This document shows, in pieces, positions 14,436 through 27,488 of a DNA stretch of 64,000 bases. Under the pieces are notes generated by a model. The model was not told the DNA's origin. It saw only the letters and a program-made list of their open reading frames with translations, and did no database searches. The stretch is taken from the NCBI GenBank assembly GCA_009103225.1, contig RHPI01001037.1:1732551-1796550 (forward strand). The letters are read 5' to 3'. Made by a program: the position numbers and the translations under genes. Position 1 is the first letter of the stretch; every line of letters begins with the position of its first letter. This DNA is from Chlorokybus atmophyticus (Eukaryota; Plantae; Mesostigma and Chlorokybus algae).

Positions 14436-15945
14436 CACACACACTTGCCTTCTCAATGCGGCAATTGTCGTGGCGGATGCAGGCACTTGATTGGATCGAT
14501 ATCGGAGCAGTTTCTCATGTGAGGCTTCGGATATCGCGGTTGGTTTGCTGGAGGGGGACGAGTCGTCCCGGACGACAAGCTCGGCGGAGCCCAACCTTGG
14601 GGTCGAGTTTGGGCCGGGAATCTGGGTGAATCTCTCGTGTCCAACGCAGCGCACGCTGACCGCAAGGACTCCTTGCGCCAAGGAGGCAGACATTGTCAAT
14701 GGATATATGCTTGACATTAATGCACTGTTTTTCATCTCAAGAACCGTGCATACCGTGGACGTACAGCGCCCTTATCATGCGATGAAGTGGACATTGTACA
14801 TGTAGTACAAGCAGCATCCTCAGCCTTGGTCATAGTCATGAGCAAAAAAAGTATAACATTTCGACATAACATCGTGCACATAATATGTTATAATAACAAT
14901 TATATAATATAATTTATTATTGTATTGAAACTGGCTTCAACTTTAAGACGACACGGTGTCGTTGTAAAATGGACTTCGCATTGCAAGATCTTGATAAGTA
15001 TGTGATATGAGACTTGGAGATAATATAATAAGCACAATATGATAATAATATGCTTGTGCGAAACTCTTGCAAGACATCACTGTTATACACATAATATCTC
15101 AAAGTAAGAGTGACAATTGTGAGTTATAATAATAACTGAGTTTTTCGATGCGATGAGTGCTATCAGAAAAATGATGTCGCACTCATTGCACATACGTGCA
15201 ATACATCTCGCATATATGTACAAGCTTACATACATGCGAGTTATGTTGCCCATGTGAATTAAATGACATGTTTGTGCCGCGACCTCACTTAAGCTCGATG
15301 AAATTAAGGTTCGCCCGGCATCGTATAAACTTTAACTATTACAATAATGCTTCGATAACATATGTTGCAAGCTCGATGAACACGGTGCAATCATGATGAA
15401 TGGACCACAAATAGGACTTAATATTATGATTTTACAATATTGTGATAAACTCAATTTTGTTATACTAGTGAATAGCGAATGAAAATAAATTCAATTGTAA
15501 CAATCATGATCAAACATCCCCCCCCTAAGGAGCGTCCTTGATAAAACTCNNNNNNNNNNNNNNNNNNNNNNNNNNNNNNNNNNNNNNNNNNNNNNNNNNN
15601 NNNNNNNNNNNNNNNNNNNNNNNNNNNNNNNNNNNNNNNNNNNNNNNNNNNNNNNNNNNNNNNNNNNNNNNNNNNNNNNNNNNNNNNNNNNNNNNNNNNN
15701 NNNNNNNNNNNNNNNNNNNNNNNNNNNNNNNNNNNNNNNNNCCCCCCCCCCCCCCCCCCCCCTTCACATACCCTTACGGATGAGTAGAGAAACCATGTTA
15801 CACTCCTTGGTAAACTATTCTTAATTTGGGAAAAAGATGTTAATTACATATATTTTGTAAAAATTAACAATTAAGCACCAGATTCATAAATGACACATAG
15901 TTCTCAACATGCATTGTTAGCAATCGTGATCTGCGTTGTACAACT

Positions 15946-16341
15946 CATAGTTGCACCATACGGCTCCAAAGTCCGTTGCATATGCGTATGCACGCGTATT
16001 GTGTAAACTGTAATGCATGCTTATTGCATGCGCGTATGTTAAGGCCTTCTACTGTTCCATCGCCAGAGAAATGCCCGTGCCCCGATTTGAATGCTATTGT
16101 GCAGCGCGCTCCACCAAGTTGTGAATTGCTGGTGGCGCGCGTTGCGCAATGGCCTGAAACTTGGGGCAGGGGCATTATTCTGGCGGTGGGGCAGTGTAAA
16201 AAGGGTGGATCACCACTGGTTTAACAGCAGTACGTGCACGTAGTATTACCGTATGCATCGACGGCCCATAATGCATACCCATGTATTACCCGTATACATG
16301 GACTTGCAATGCATACCCGTATGCCGCATGGTGCAACTATG
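15946..16341. mobile_element. Non-autonomous hAT-type MITE (396 bp)
   Basis: 19-bp TIRs: CATAGTTGCACCATACGGC (15946-15964) and GCCGCATGGTGCAACTATG (16323-16341, one mismatch). They are flanked by a perfect 8-bp direct repeat GTACAACT (15938-15945 and 16342-16349); an 8-bp TSD is characteristic of hAT. Confidence 0.85.
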
Positions 16342-16998
16342 GTACAACTGGTAATGCACAACTTCAACTTTTGTGTTACCATAGTGATGGGCAATTACCA
16401 CAATGACAACGTTTTTGAGCTATTATTAGGGTAATCAATGCCTGAAACTTGTAGGCCTTCGGAGAACCCAATGCAATGTTGCAGTACCTTCAGTTTTAAA
16501 TGCTATCCCCCTTAAGACAAGAGAGTGGACACATGTACGATACAAGTAACATGGCATTCTTTGCCCCCCTCCCCTCCCCCCCTCCACCTTTTGCACCGCT
16601 ACTTGCTGCAAAAGTTTACACAAGTCGATGAAGTTTCAGGAACAAACATTACTAAAAATATAAAAAATCAGTAAAACGTATTTTAACACTTTAAATGTCA
16701 ATGGCGTGTGGCATGCATATAAGCATTATGCTTGTGCTGCACGAGTTACGGAACATGAAAGTAAATCATGTTAACCTCATGTGCACATTTACATGATATA
16801 TATGAAGTATTAGTGATATATGTCATCTACGGCCCGTATGTGACATATACGGGCCGTACTGCCAATTGAGGGCTGGATGGGGGAAGCAATTTGATCGCCG
16901 AATTCGAAGCCCATAAAGAATGTATATACTACACCTTATGCATGACATCAACGATCGCATGAGTTAACCTTTTTTTTTCTTGCTCGATTGCGCCTCGC

Positions 16999-17043
16999 TT
17001 GTTGTAATCAATTTGTGCTCAGGGCACAAATTGATTACAACAA
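16999..17043. repeat. Perfect 20-bp inverted repeat with 5-nt loop
   Basis: TTGTTGTAATCAATTTGTGC-TCAGG-GCACAAATTGATTACAACAA. Confidence 0.9.
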
Positions 17044-17543
17044 AAGACAGAGCCCCCCCCCCCCCCCCCCCCCCNNNNNNNNNNNNNNNNNNNNNNNNNN
17101 NNNNNNNNNNNNNNNNNNNNNNNNNNNNNNNNNNNNNNNNNNNNNNNNNNNNNNNNNNNNNNNNNNNNNNNNNNNNNNNNNNNNNNNNNNNNNNNNNNNN
17201 NNNNNNNNNNNNNNNNNNNNNNNNNNNNNNNNNNNNNNNNNNNNNNNNNNNNNNNNNNNNNNNNNNNNNNNNNNNNNNNNNNNNNNNNNNNNNNNNNNNN
17301 NNNNNNNNNNNNNNNNNNNNNNNNNNNNNNNNNNNNNNNNNNNNNNNNNNNCCCCTCTCCTTCTCTGTCTCGCTCCCTCCCTCTCTCTCAACATGCTGCA
17401 AACTCCATCAAAGTATCAAGGTTTTCCGTTTCATCTTGGTCGTTGTGCGCGCTCTACCTGTGATTTTTGATTGGAAGATGTCAGCTTATTGCCATACAAA
17501 AAGGTTCATTGGGGGTTGTGCCGTAGGTGCGTGTCTCAGACGA

Positions 17544-17592
17544 CCGAGCAGCCCTGCGCCCAGACACCGTGTCTGGGCGCAGGACTGCTCGG
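17544..17592. repeat. 49-bp near-perfect palindrome
   Basis: CCGAGCAG-C-CCTGCGCCCAGACAC-C-GTGTCTGGGCGCAGG-A-CTGCTCGG: 15-bp perfect core arms plus 8-bp outer arms. Confidence 0.9.
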
Positions 17593-18342
17593 AGGGCAGA
17601 CTCCCCCCTTTAAGCCTCCTCCAATAGCAGATTGCCTCTGTCACACAAGGACCGTCCGTCACGGACCTCCCTGCGCCTCGCACCTGTCGCACGCTGTGTG
17701 CCTAGGCTCGACACCAGCGGTCGGGCGTCGCAGAGACGCGATGGTCCGGCCCTCTGGAGGTACAGTGTCAATACCGTATGAACGACGTGCCAAAATGGTG
17801 CTGGACCTTTTGGCAACGTGCAGTGCCCGTACATGAGATACGATCTCAAAAATATATTCTTACGTCGAGCCCACAGGCTGGCTGGCTTGCTAATGCTGCT
17901 TGTGCAGGGGAGCTCTCCTCACACAGTGAATTAACTACGGTAAATACTGCATAGCAATCATCCACGCAGCGCCTTGATGGTGAGTGCACGTGTGAGTCCA
18001 GTCAGTGGGATGGTAAGCTTGTTTGGAAATGGTGGACAGACTATTTAGTTTGGTGGTTTGAGCTGCCTTGAACCAGCCGCCCCATAGTGCATTCTCTATT
18101 TGGTAAGTGTACGAGTACAGGACACCTGCTTGCTTGGTCGCTGGCAGTGAGCAGGCATGGGTAAGCTGCCTATGTGAAGACTTCATGCATGTAGTTGTAT
18201 GTGTGAGCTGGCAATTGCTGCATGCATAGCTCGCGACGCCAGCTGCCATCTTGTCAGGTTGAAAGCAGTCTGATAAGTAAGCTGCTGTCATTATGGCAGG
18301 TAGTGTCTAGTGTGCTGGAAAGCTTGGCAGTGAGCTGCCGCC

Positions 18343-21300
18343 ATGTCTGAGGCGGGCGGCCATGCCGGCGGCGAGCAGGTTGCCAACCTGCTGACCGCTC
18401 CGGGAGTCAGCTCTGGCGACCCCGCCGCTCGCGCCGACAGCGGACAGGTGAGGCGTGCTGTGCACAGCACTGTAGGCATCAAGCCAGCATGCTGTGTTGT
18501 TGGAAAATGGTCGCCATTGCTTGCTGCCTGGCTGGCCAAGGCAAGTGGGGGTACATGCTTATGAAAAGTACTTGGATTCATTCTGTGCTCTCGGCTGTGT
18601 CCCCCAGATTGTACTTGGTTGGTTGTTTGAGTGGTTGATTGGTAGAATGGATGCTGCGCCCACAACAATGCAGACTACTCTATGGCATTCTATACTCCTG
18701 TGTGCCGAAATGATGACGGCCAGAGACTTGGTTGCTTGTTGCTTCACCTATGACACAACACAGGGACTACATAAGGCCTCTCTGCTGGTTAAGTTTGAGC
18801 CAATGACAGGCGTTTTGATTGCTCATCTGAAGTAACGCTGTCATTGTGGTACAGCTGGAGTTGAGCGTGACAGGGGAGCATGCATTGAGCCCTGTACTAT
18901 CGACACGGTCATCCACTGAGACTTCTGGAAACGACAGACCACAGCTTCAAACGCACACATCCTTTGCGTTCATCTCAAAATGGAAGCAGGACGCAGATGT
19001 GGGCGGGGCAGATCCTCGCCCGGTAAGCACACTTAGTTTGTCTGTGTTGTAGTACGTTGTTGTGTTCAGGTTGGTCAAGATAGTTGTTGCTTGCAGGTTC
19101 TGAAGGGTGTGACGATGCTGCTGCTTGCTTGGAAGACGCTGGGCGTCATCTATGGTGACGTGGGCACGTCTCCACTCTACGTGTACTCCTCCACCTTCTT
19201 CACCCCTCCCAAACGCGAGGTGCATTCATTACCATTATGGTGTATGTACACTCTTTTTTTCTTGGACCAGTACACAAAAAAAGGACTTGTTGTCACGAAC
19301 AGTACAGCCCCAAGCGTTGTGTACAATGTGCAAAGTGACTCTTGATAACTGTTTCTTTCCGCCTTTGGCAGGATGTTGAGGGTGCGGCATCTATCATATT
19401 CTGGCTGCTTACGCTGAGCTGCTGCATAAAGTACCTGCTGATTGTCCTGTCTGCTGATGACAACGGAGAAGGTGCAAGCACACCCTTCGCTTGCTCCTTG
19501 CAATCTGTCACAAGATATCAAACTTGACCTTGTGCCGGTTGCTGCTGCTTCAGGTGGAACCTTTGCGCTGTACTCGCTGTTGCGACGCAACATGCAAATC
19601 ACTGCGGTGGGAGGCTCTCCGCACACTGGCGACTTGTCTTTGAGACAATACAGTGTCCGTCGTCGGGTTGCAAATGGACTATCCCATGCTGAGGATGCGC
19701 GTACCCGTGTTGGGCAAGCCATAAGGTGTGTTCCGTGCTTAGTCCATGGACCGTCCATGAGGCCTTCACAGGCTGATATGGGTTATTATGGTAAAGGTGT
19801 CTTTTATCTTGTCTGCAGCGATGCATTTGTCCGGCGCAGATGGCTGCAATATGTGTTGCTGCTAGCTGTCATGATCGGCACATGTCTTCTGATGGCGGAC
19901 GGTGTATTGACACCTGCACAGTCAGGCAACTGCTTAATCTGTTGGTATGCATGTGACACAGTTGCCATCAAATAAGAACCTGACTCCAGTTGATGTATAT
20001 TGCAGTCCTTGGAGCAATGGCAGGCTTGAAAGTGGGCATTTCAAACTTGTCTAATGGTAACGTCTGCAAGCCCTTAACACCAACCTTGCATGGCCATCAC
20101 ACCTGCGCTGAAAGCTGCACTCTACACAATCATCTGCAAATTGGACCTAACGCTGGAGTGTTGCGCAGACGTTGTGGTGGCCGTCACCTGCATCGTCCTC
20201 GCGGTACTCTTCCTGGTGCAGCGGTATGGGACGGACCACATCGGCGCTTCATTCGCACCCATTGTCTTCGTCTGGTTTGTCACCAATGCCGTGTTGGGCA
20301 TACGCAACATCGTCACATATGACATTTCCATACTCAAGGCAAAGGCTATTGCAGATTGACCTGTCATAAGCAACAATGTCTTGCAATATTGCCCAAAACA
20401 TGACCATATGCAGACTTTCAGCCCTCACTATGCTGTCAAGTTCTTCACAAGAGACTTCCGATTTGCGTGGGAGGCCGTTGGCGGTCTCTTGCTGGCCATT
20501 ACTGGAACAGAGGCCATGTTTGCAGACTTGGGCCACTTCAACAAGAAGGTGCGATTCTTACTTGCAATGAGCTATGCATCAAGTGGTGACAATACAGGTA
20601 TGTGAAGGTGAGTTAAGTCATGGGGTTCCTGTTTGCAGTCAATTCAGCTGGGGTTCTTCTTCTGCGCATACCCCGCGCTCGTTGTGACATACTTTGGACA
20701 AGCGGCGTTTCTGCTTGAGCGGCCGGAGGATGTTGCTCTCGTCTACTGGCGTGCTCTGCCTAGCTGGTGGTTGTGGCCACAACTTGTCATTGCAACGGCG
20801 GCATCCGTTGTGGCTTCACAGGTGCTGTGGGTGGATGTGTACAGCACGCACGCTAGCACGCATATGCACACACCGATGTACGTGTGCATGTAGGCGCTTA
20901 TCACGGGAGCCTTCTCAATCATCAGGCAGTCGATGTCACTGAACTGTTTCCCCAAACTGAGGGTCATCCACACTTCCAGAAAAGTGGAGGGGCAGATCTA
21001 CATTCCTGAAGTCAACTACATCCTGCTTATACTCACCTTGGCAGTGGTCATAGGGTTCCGCACAACACAAAAGATTGGTCTGGCCTACGGTACGTCACAC
21101 AACCATTACTGCGTATGTCGCATCTGCCGCGACAATGACGAATGTTGGTTGAGCAACAGTCCGTTATGCATGACTATCTGCAGGTGTTGCGGTGGTGTCG
21201 GTCATGACGCTTACAACCTGCCTCATAACGTTGGTCATACTCGTCGTATGGCAGAAGCCTTGGCCGCTTGCAGCGGCTTTCTTCCTGGTGTTTGGTACTA

Positions 21301-22677
21301 TTGATGGCTTCCTCCTCTCCACGGTGCTTCACAAGGTGTGTCTCCTGCCTTCTGTGCTTGCTGTGACCCTCAGTCAACCACTGTTGCATGCTGTTGCATG
21401 TGTTCAAACCTTTGCTTACATATGCATCAGGTCCCGCAAGGAGGTTGGTTTACACTTGCCATGGCGGGTGCATTCTTCGTACCAATGTTTGTCTGGTATG
21501 GTGTCAACCAGTTCATGACTAATGCATGTGTGCAGCTCACGCTGTGTATGTCAGTGAATCACACATCTTCGATATGGTTGCACACTCAGGTACTATGGCT
21601 CATCCCTCAAGCAGCAGTATGACATAGACGGCAAGAAGACGGTGGAAGCGCTGTTGATGCAATGCAACTGCCCAGCGCAAGTGATAGCCTCTCCAAGGGT
21701 GTGTACCTATCATCATGTTTGACATCTTCGCCATAGGATCGTTGTTCAGTTTCTTGGCGAGTCATCAATACGAATTGTCATGTGGCAGGTGCCAGAGCAG
21801 GCGTTAGAGACTCATTTGATTATGCGTGACAACGCCCGACATGTTAGGTAAGAGCAGATGAAGCATCATTAATTGCAACGTAAGTAACATCCCAACGTAT
21901 GTGCATTCCACCTTTACAGCCGCTACAATGGTGTTGGCCTGTTCTACTCGGAGATGATTTCTGGCGCGCCACCGGTGTTTGTCCATTACCTGCAGAACAT
22001 CCCTGCATTGCCTGAGGTCAGCGCTTGCCAACTGTGAACTTGATCTCTAACATGCGTCCAACATGAGAGATACGTGTCATAGATTAGGTGGTGATATTCT
22101 TCACAAAACGTGATGTAGCGGTGCCAACCGTAGACGCCGACGAGCGCTTCCTCGTGAAACAGCTGGCATTCACCAACTTCTTCCATGTGATCGCGCGTTT
22201 CGGGTACAACGATACGGCTGACCTGGATGATGGGTTCGTGAGAGCGCTGCAGCGCTGTATTGAATTGGAGATTGGCGACCATGTTGCTGGCGTTGTTGAA
22301 GACTGGTCTCAGAATGTGAGTCTATAATATGTGCGTATATGCGTGCACGTGAGTGTACAACAGGAGTGCACGGTCGTATGCATACACGCTCGCACGCAAT
22401 GCAACTTGTAAAACTACTTGCACACGAGAAAATGACTTGGAGTACAGTATAAGTGGCGTTGGGTTCCGATGCTGATGTGGGTGTGATGATGCATATGCAG
22501 GTGACGCACGTGGTTGCGCGTTCTGTGATTCACGCGAAAGGGCAGCGCAAGCTGCTGCGCTATGTCATTCTGGAAATCTTGCACGGTTTTCTGCGCCGCA
22601 ACACGCGCACCGTGGCGCAGGCATTCAATATCCCTGAGGACAAGCTGGTGGAGGTTGCCACCATGTACTTTCTATAA
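18343..22677 (+). CDS. KUP/HAK/KT family potassium transporter (multi-exon)
   Basis: Exons encode [122 protein letters not shown] and ARFGYND, ending [10 protein letters not shown]-stop. The first exon (18343-18447) is tentative. Confidence 0.95.
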
Positions 22678-25600
22678 TCGTCATGGTTAGCGGAAGCTCC
22701 CGCCCTCGGAGTCTGCAGAGACGTATATGTTACGTCGAGTGTATATGTTTATTGTATATAAGGGTAATGGTACTGCGCCAGCATGCATGGTGCGGACTAC
22801 AATGTGTAAAGTGTGCATACGGGTAGGTCGAATAAGCTGTTACTCTCAGCTACAGTGATAGGTCAATAAGGCAGCGTTTTCCAGTTGCCGCAACGCAATG
22901 ACAAGCAGGAGATGAGCTGCCACTGCGCCTGTACTTCAGCTATATGTGGGTTGGTTACTTGCAGCAATATTACCAAGTGTGTGTGTGTGAAATCTGACTT
23001 GGCGTTTTGGCGCGATGTTGCACTCGCTTAGAGTTTACCACATCAATGTTGCATATACTCGTTAAAGTGTATGTAATGAGATAGTGGCTGAAGCAAGCTA
23101 TGAAACGGATGTAAAGGACGTTCTTAAGTACGCTTTTCAACAAGCAGTAGGATACATACCTTCGCATGCACATACACTGCCAAGCAGCTGCCGTTGCATG
23201 GTAGCGAGAGAGAGTCGTTGTCAACTACTTACCTGCAATGGCTTACAAAGCTTGCTACTTAAGCGCAAGTTCCGTTAAAAGCATAGATTTAATCGTGTAG
23301 ATACATGCTGTTCGCACTGGCTGCTTGCTACGTGATGGGTGGATAGTGATATGGGGTATGTGCGTAGACAGCAATGCGCGTGGGCAATGCTAGCAGCATG
23401 CATCCACTGTACCACCGTTAATGCATGCCCGTGTAGTAATGAGAGAGTTATCCGAGATGTGAAGCCTTCGTTAAGTTGTTGCCTTGTCTGCGTGCTTGCC
23501 ACGCATGCCACGTACTTCATTTACGCTCAAGTATATGTTTTCATGTTGGACACAATGAAGACTACAGTCGCAACACACACCCATCCACCACATACACACC
23601 ACGCAATCATTTTCAATTGGATAGAGTACTGCGTTAACGAGGCTATCATCCAATAAGGTTTGTGCAGCTTTACGCTGGTGTAAAGTGTATGCCACGGCTA
23701 GCGAAGGAAACTTGGTGCATCTCATGTTCATTGCAAGTGTAGCAGCCTGTGCACCAATCCTAATTCGCTGTACCGAATGGGGCATTGACCTCTCAATCGT
23801 GATAGTAAATGTTGGTATCATTATGGCATAAGTGAGGGAACATCAGCTTTTCGACATTACATCATATGCAACATCCATCAACTGGAGCAAGTGCTTGTTT
23901 GTATAGTGCGCAGTAGTTGCGGTTTATCTTAAGATATTACATCATGCGGTAAAAGTCAATAAGCATTCATGCGTAGTCGTGCAATGCTTTGTGTCAAGTG
24001 CAGCAACACCTCACACCGTGCAGCAGGCGACATGCAGTACATGCAGCAAACACAAGGCAATGCAAGCGGGCGCCACATATAATTACACACACCCGGGGCC
24101 TTCAACTACACACCTCAAGTTACCAAGTGCTGTGCAGTGCAGTGATTCGTAGGTAGTGGTTGGTGGGCGGGTGGGATTGAAGAGGTGCTGTGAGACTGAC
24201 CTGTCGTGTACAAAGTAGAGGCAGTTGGTCAGTTGATGGCTGGAGGATGAGCGGTAGCAGCAAGAACGGTGCAGAGCAATGCAGTGTAGAGCGGTGTGCG
24301 GATGTGTATGCTATGCTCCCGCCCCCAAACTCCCACTCTCATGCATGCTGCATGAATGTCATGCCATGAGCACTCGTTATCATGAGCACTCGACGCATGC
24401 AGTGTCACGCTGAGCAGGCAGCCGAGAGACTTCTACAGCCATGCACTAAGCACACCAGAGGAAGCCTATACAATGTACAAAGAGGCACCAAACAGAGACT
24501 GCTAACAGTCTCTACTATACCACATCTATGCCTTAGATGCCTCTCTTGATGCGGGGGAAGGTGCCAGAACGCAGCCTGAATACCGGGAGACAGGAAGGCA
24601 GAGCAGGCAGGGAAACATCGTTCAAAGGGGGGTTCTTGAGCATGTAGTAGCCCATGAGACACCTCACATAGACGCATCTTGGACAATAACCCTATGAGAC
24701 ATTTGTGATGTTGCGACTACGGCAACCCCACACCTAAATGCATCCGGGTGGGCAATCGGCCAAAGGCGTTCTGCGTGAAGGGCACCACTAGTGGTCCGCG
24801 CCACCCACTTGGATCGGAGGAGGACGCAGGAGGGGGCCTAGCCAATGCAATATATTGCACGCCATGCTGCTATCAACACCATGCTGCATCATATAGCATT
24901 GAGTTCTATACACACCTGCCCAGTTGACCATGTAGCAGGACGGGGCCCGCCTTTCCGATTGGGAGACCACCACTCACGGACGCACCGCGAGCGCCCACCC
25001 TCCCGCACAAGAATGTGCTCTGGCCAAACTTTGCTGGCCCTGTCGATAAGCTCCACGCCAACGGAGACATCAGCAATGCTACCCTGACGCGAAGGGTCCC
25101 CCGCCACACTAGCGACGAGCCCCTTGCTCACGACGCCAGTGTCCGCCCTGTTGGGCCATGTACAGGCATGCACATATGTAGCGCTTCGGCATCCCTAATG
25201 TGTTGGCCTCGCCCGCCGCCGCCATCATGCACAACCACATGCATATAGCTAAAGGAACATTGCCTTAAGCCTGCCACTCAGATATGGTAAGGTATCACTC
25301 GAACCGGATCCACATCAAGATCAGCCGCGGTAATCATCAAGGGCTTGGAGGTCTCGCGCGATAGATCCCAGTGGGCTTTCCGCCAGGCAAAGCTTAACCC
25401 GGCCCAATCAGCGCTGTGGGTGACGAAGTTTAGCGTGTGGATGCCATGACTCGTGTCGGTTTACGCTGATCGAGCGTGTCGGTCTCGTTCTGCAAACCAT
25501 GCATATGAATGGTGCGTAACCCGTGTCCACCGCTGATCGATCAGTGTCGGTTGAGCGTATATCGGCGTCGCTAGTGCGTTGTCGGTGTAGGGTGTGGTGT

Positions 25601-27488
25601 GGTTGACTAACCGTGGAGCTGCGTTGAGTGATGTTTGTTAGCATCGACGAGACGGTGTCGCACTCAGTTGGATCAGCCAACGAACACCGTTTGTTGTCGT
25701 ATCGGGGCTCTTCGATATCAATGTAGATGCAGGCTGGGATATCTGCGGCTTCTGGGAATTGGTTGTGTGTAGTGTTTTGGCGGGCCGTGTGGTATATGGC
25801 GGCGTTGTGGTTGTCAAGGTTGGCTGTTTGGGTTTCATGGCGTCCGTCCTGGGGGCGGGTGGTGAGCGCGGCGAGTCTGTGACTTGAACGCTCGGTGGAC
25901 CGCTTCCGTCCATCAGGCGTAGTCGTTCCTTTTATCGTACTCAATATAAGGAGGTGGGTGGGTTGATCTGCCGTCAACTTGTTGTGCAGTTTAATAGTGA
26001 ACATTACCATTGTCATGGTTGGGTACTGAGCGGTTACTGTTGCAAGGTGTCTCTGGGCTGGCCGGTGCAGATACCTAGTGATCGGGTGTCGTCGCCTGAG
26101 GGTGTGAGAGAACTGCATGTGAGTTTGTGGGTGAATTTGGATTTTGATTTTGTTGGCATAGGGTTAGGCAAGCCGGGGGGGTGCCCATGTGTTTGAACAG
26201 TGATTTGTTGATTGTTGAGCATGTTGTGGGCGGGGTTGTACTGGCGCGGTGGGTGATTTGTACCGATTGTGATGAGGAGCCTGGGCGACGCCGGCATTGG
26301 GTGGAGCAATGACATGACACAGATTGGTCCCCATTTGTGATGGGGTAGTGGAGTCTGCACGAATTGCAAGGGGGCGACTTTGGGGACGACGACAATCCGG
26401 GATTGCCACATCCCCCACCTGCAGTTGATGGTGGTGGATGGCAGCCTATCATGCCAGTTGTGCCAGGTGCCGGTTGCTGATGTTTTTAATGTAGTGTATA
26501 GGTGTGTTTAGTTGAGTGTGGCGTGCTCATCAGCTGCAACAGCTCCACATAACAGCGGTGTCCAGCACTGTTGGCAGTGCCCTGGCTGATGTGGTGTTTC
26601 ATGTTGTCCGCGCATGTTTATGGTACGCAAAGACTGTTTGCAGGTGCTTCCCGGCCGCAGGACCATCGTGCTGGAGGATAGAGCGCAAGCAGCTGTATTC
26701 TAAGTATGGCGAGTGCGCTCGTCATTGTGCCCTTGTCGGTGTCTCGACTTCCCACACACCGTCTGACTGGTTGATGTGTTGGCTCCTCAAGTGCTGCCCC
26801 ACATTGGTTGATGTTGGGGGATCAAAAGTCATTGTGTAGAGTATATGCAATGTTGTGCATGTGACTCACCATTGCACAGCCTTGTCACATACGCAAGCAC
26901 AAGCACAGTCCAACATGGCAATAGCTTGTTTTACCACCAGGCTGCCTATACAACCTCAGCTATCTATCTAGCTTGGATATTGCCCTTGCCCCGTTAGTCA
27001 ACATGCATGCGTCATTACCTGTACACAAGGCGTTTGTGTGTAACCTGGACTTTCTGACGTGTGTATGGGTTGGCTGGCCATGCGCAATTACTCTAATGTC
27101 AAACACTGTGCCGCACTCAAGGAGTTGTGCCTTAACTGAATGCATGATGCATGTTGCCAATCATTTGCTGGCTTGGCACATAATGGCCAACTTCTCAAAG
27201 CTTGACTTGTACTGAAGCGAGTTATTCTGTTGCACATTGCTGTTAAAAGCTGAAACATGGTGATGCCCATGCCATCAATTGCGCAACATGTCATTGACTG
27301 CTATGTCCGTCCGGGCGTCATTTTGGGGTTGTGAAAGATGTCACCTTGTGCGCCTGGTGTTGTCATGGGGTCATCAACCCTGGGTGACGCGGACTCTGAC
27401 ATCACGTGCAAGTCCGCCAGTACATGGGACAGGTGTCACATCAAGAAGCGGCATGGGTTGGCTGGCCATGCGCCATGACTCCACTTGT

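Noticed and set aside
15742-17074. Poly-C tracts next to N gaps (15742-15762, about 17052-17074)
   Set aside because: They abut gaps; likely sequencing or assembly edge effects.
24400-25240. Possible solo LTR or LINE fragment left of the Academ element
   Set aside because: CpG-rich, but no TSD, paired ends or protein motif could be established.
25408-26118. 236-aa minus-strand ORF
   Set aside because: Thr/His/Gln-rich antisense reading of GT-rich terminal DNA, with no domain signal.
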